Shown: positions 63,581 through 64,000 of the stretch, piece after piece
Layout: each line of letters opens with the position of its first letter
How positions within the stretch are numbered: the first letter of the stretch is position 1
Assembly: GCA_965217895.1 (NCBI GenBank)
Contig: CBDCJV010000002.1
Coordinates: forward strand, 3,040,001-3,104,000
DNA: 64,000 nt
Reading direction: 5' to 3'
From: Waterburya sp.
Lineage (GTDB): Bacteria; Cyanobacteriota; Cyanobacteriia; Cyanobacteriales; Xenococcaceae
Program-made: the position numbers and the translations under genes
Notes under the pieces: model-generated
Told to the model about the DNA's origin: nothing
What the model saw: the letters and a program-made list of their open reading frames with translations, nothing else
Databases searched by the model: none

Positions 63581-63782
63581 TGTTTTATTGAACCCGAAGA
63601 TCATCTTGTAAGTTTTACTTACATGACAAGAGTCGAAGGAGAAAATACTAGACTCAGACACCCTGAACGCTCGTTTGCATCGAAAGACTTTATGTTACTC
63701 AAAATCGATTGAAATGCTTAAACATTCAATTCGTCTTTTGCTCCACTACCTTAGATTTAAAACTGTTCCCGCGAGCTCTTAA
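63581..63782 (+). pseudogene. IS1-family transposase C-terminal remnant
   Basis: TYMTRVEGENTRLRH / ARLHRKTLCYSKSIEMLKHSIRLLLHYL with a frameshift. Confidence 0.8.
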
Positions 63783-63845
63783 ATCATTACTCATTTCTTG
63801 ACCTCCACTGTTTTGTAGGGACTACCGAATTTTTTCTGTTTCATT

Positions 63846-63861
63846 TTTTTGCAACAGAACC
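63846..63861. mobile_element. Isolated IS6-type terminal repeat
   Basis: TTTTTGCAACAGAACC, reverse complement of GGTTCTGTTGCAAAAA. Confidence 0.5.
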
Positions 63862-64000
63862 ATAATTTATAAGATTGTTTCGACGCTGTGAAATTTGACA
63901 CTATACTATTAGTAGTTTCTAGCACTTGAAAAATTGGTTTAACAGCTTGATTTGCGAAGGAAAGAGATTTTCCCAGAAATTAATACATTAGAAACTCACT

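Larger units (their letters stand above)
1..64000. repeat. HIP1 octamer (GCGATCGC) highly over-represented
   Basis: Dozens of occurrences in coding and intergenic DNA, starting at position 18. Confidence 0.95.

Overview
AT-rich cyanobacterial chromosome segment, judged from the very frequent HIP1 octamer GCGATCGC and typical cyanobacterial genes; it looks Pleurocapsales-like, which is an inference. Bases 1-48.7 kb are mostly core genes. They include a complete pix/tax1 phototaxis cluster (pixG-H-I-J1-J2-L plus an extra CheW, with a DXCF cyanobacteriochrome GAF), mnmG, gldA, ycf51, hemC, a PiT transporter, crtD, ccmS, crtE, speA, ftrC, argD, a K+ channel and ccsA. nrdA with tandem NrdR boxes follows. 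After it lies an IS-scarred accessory region: an ISKra4 remnant, a 5'-truncated RND pump, hicAB between duplicated gene ends, and a glycosyltransferase/deacetylase cassette bracketed by inverted IS701 ends and two near-identical internally deleted IS6 copies. The most striking signal is a set of small GC-rich hairpin modules with conserved internal loops and covarying stems. They nest inside one another and inside MITEs, and they have entered three ORFs in frame, including ribonucleotide reductase. Also notable is a fused HAD-membrane gene that appears to have duplicated and decayed reciprocally into two genes in permuted order. All calls come from reading the sequence; no database searches were run.
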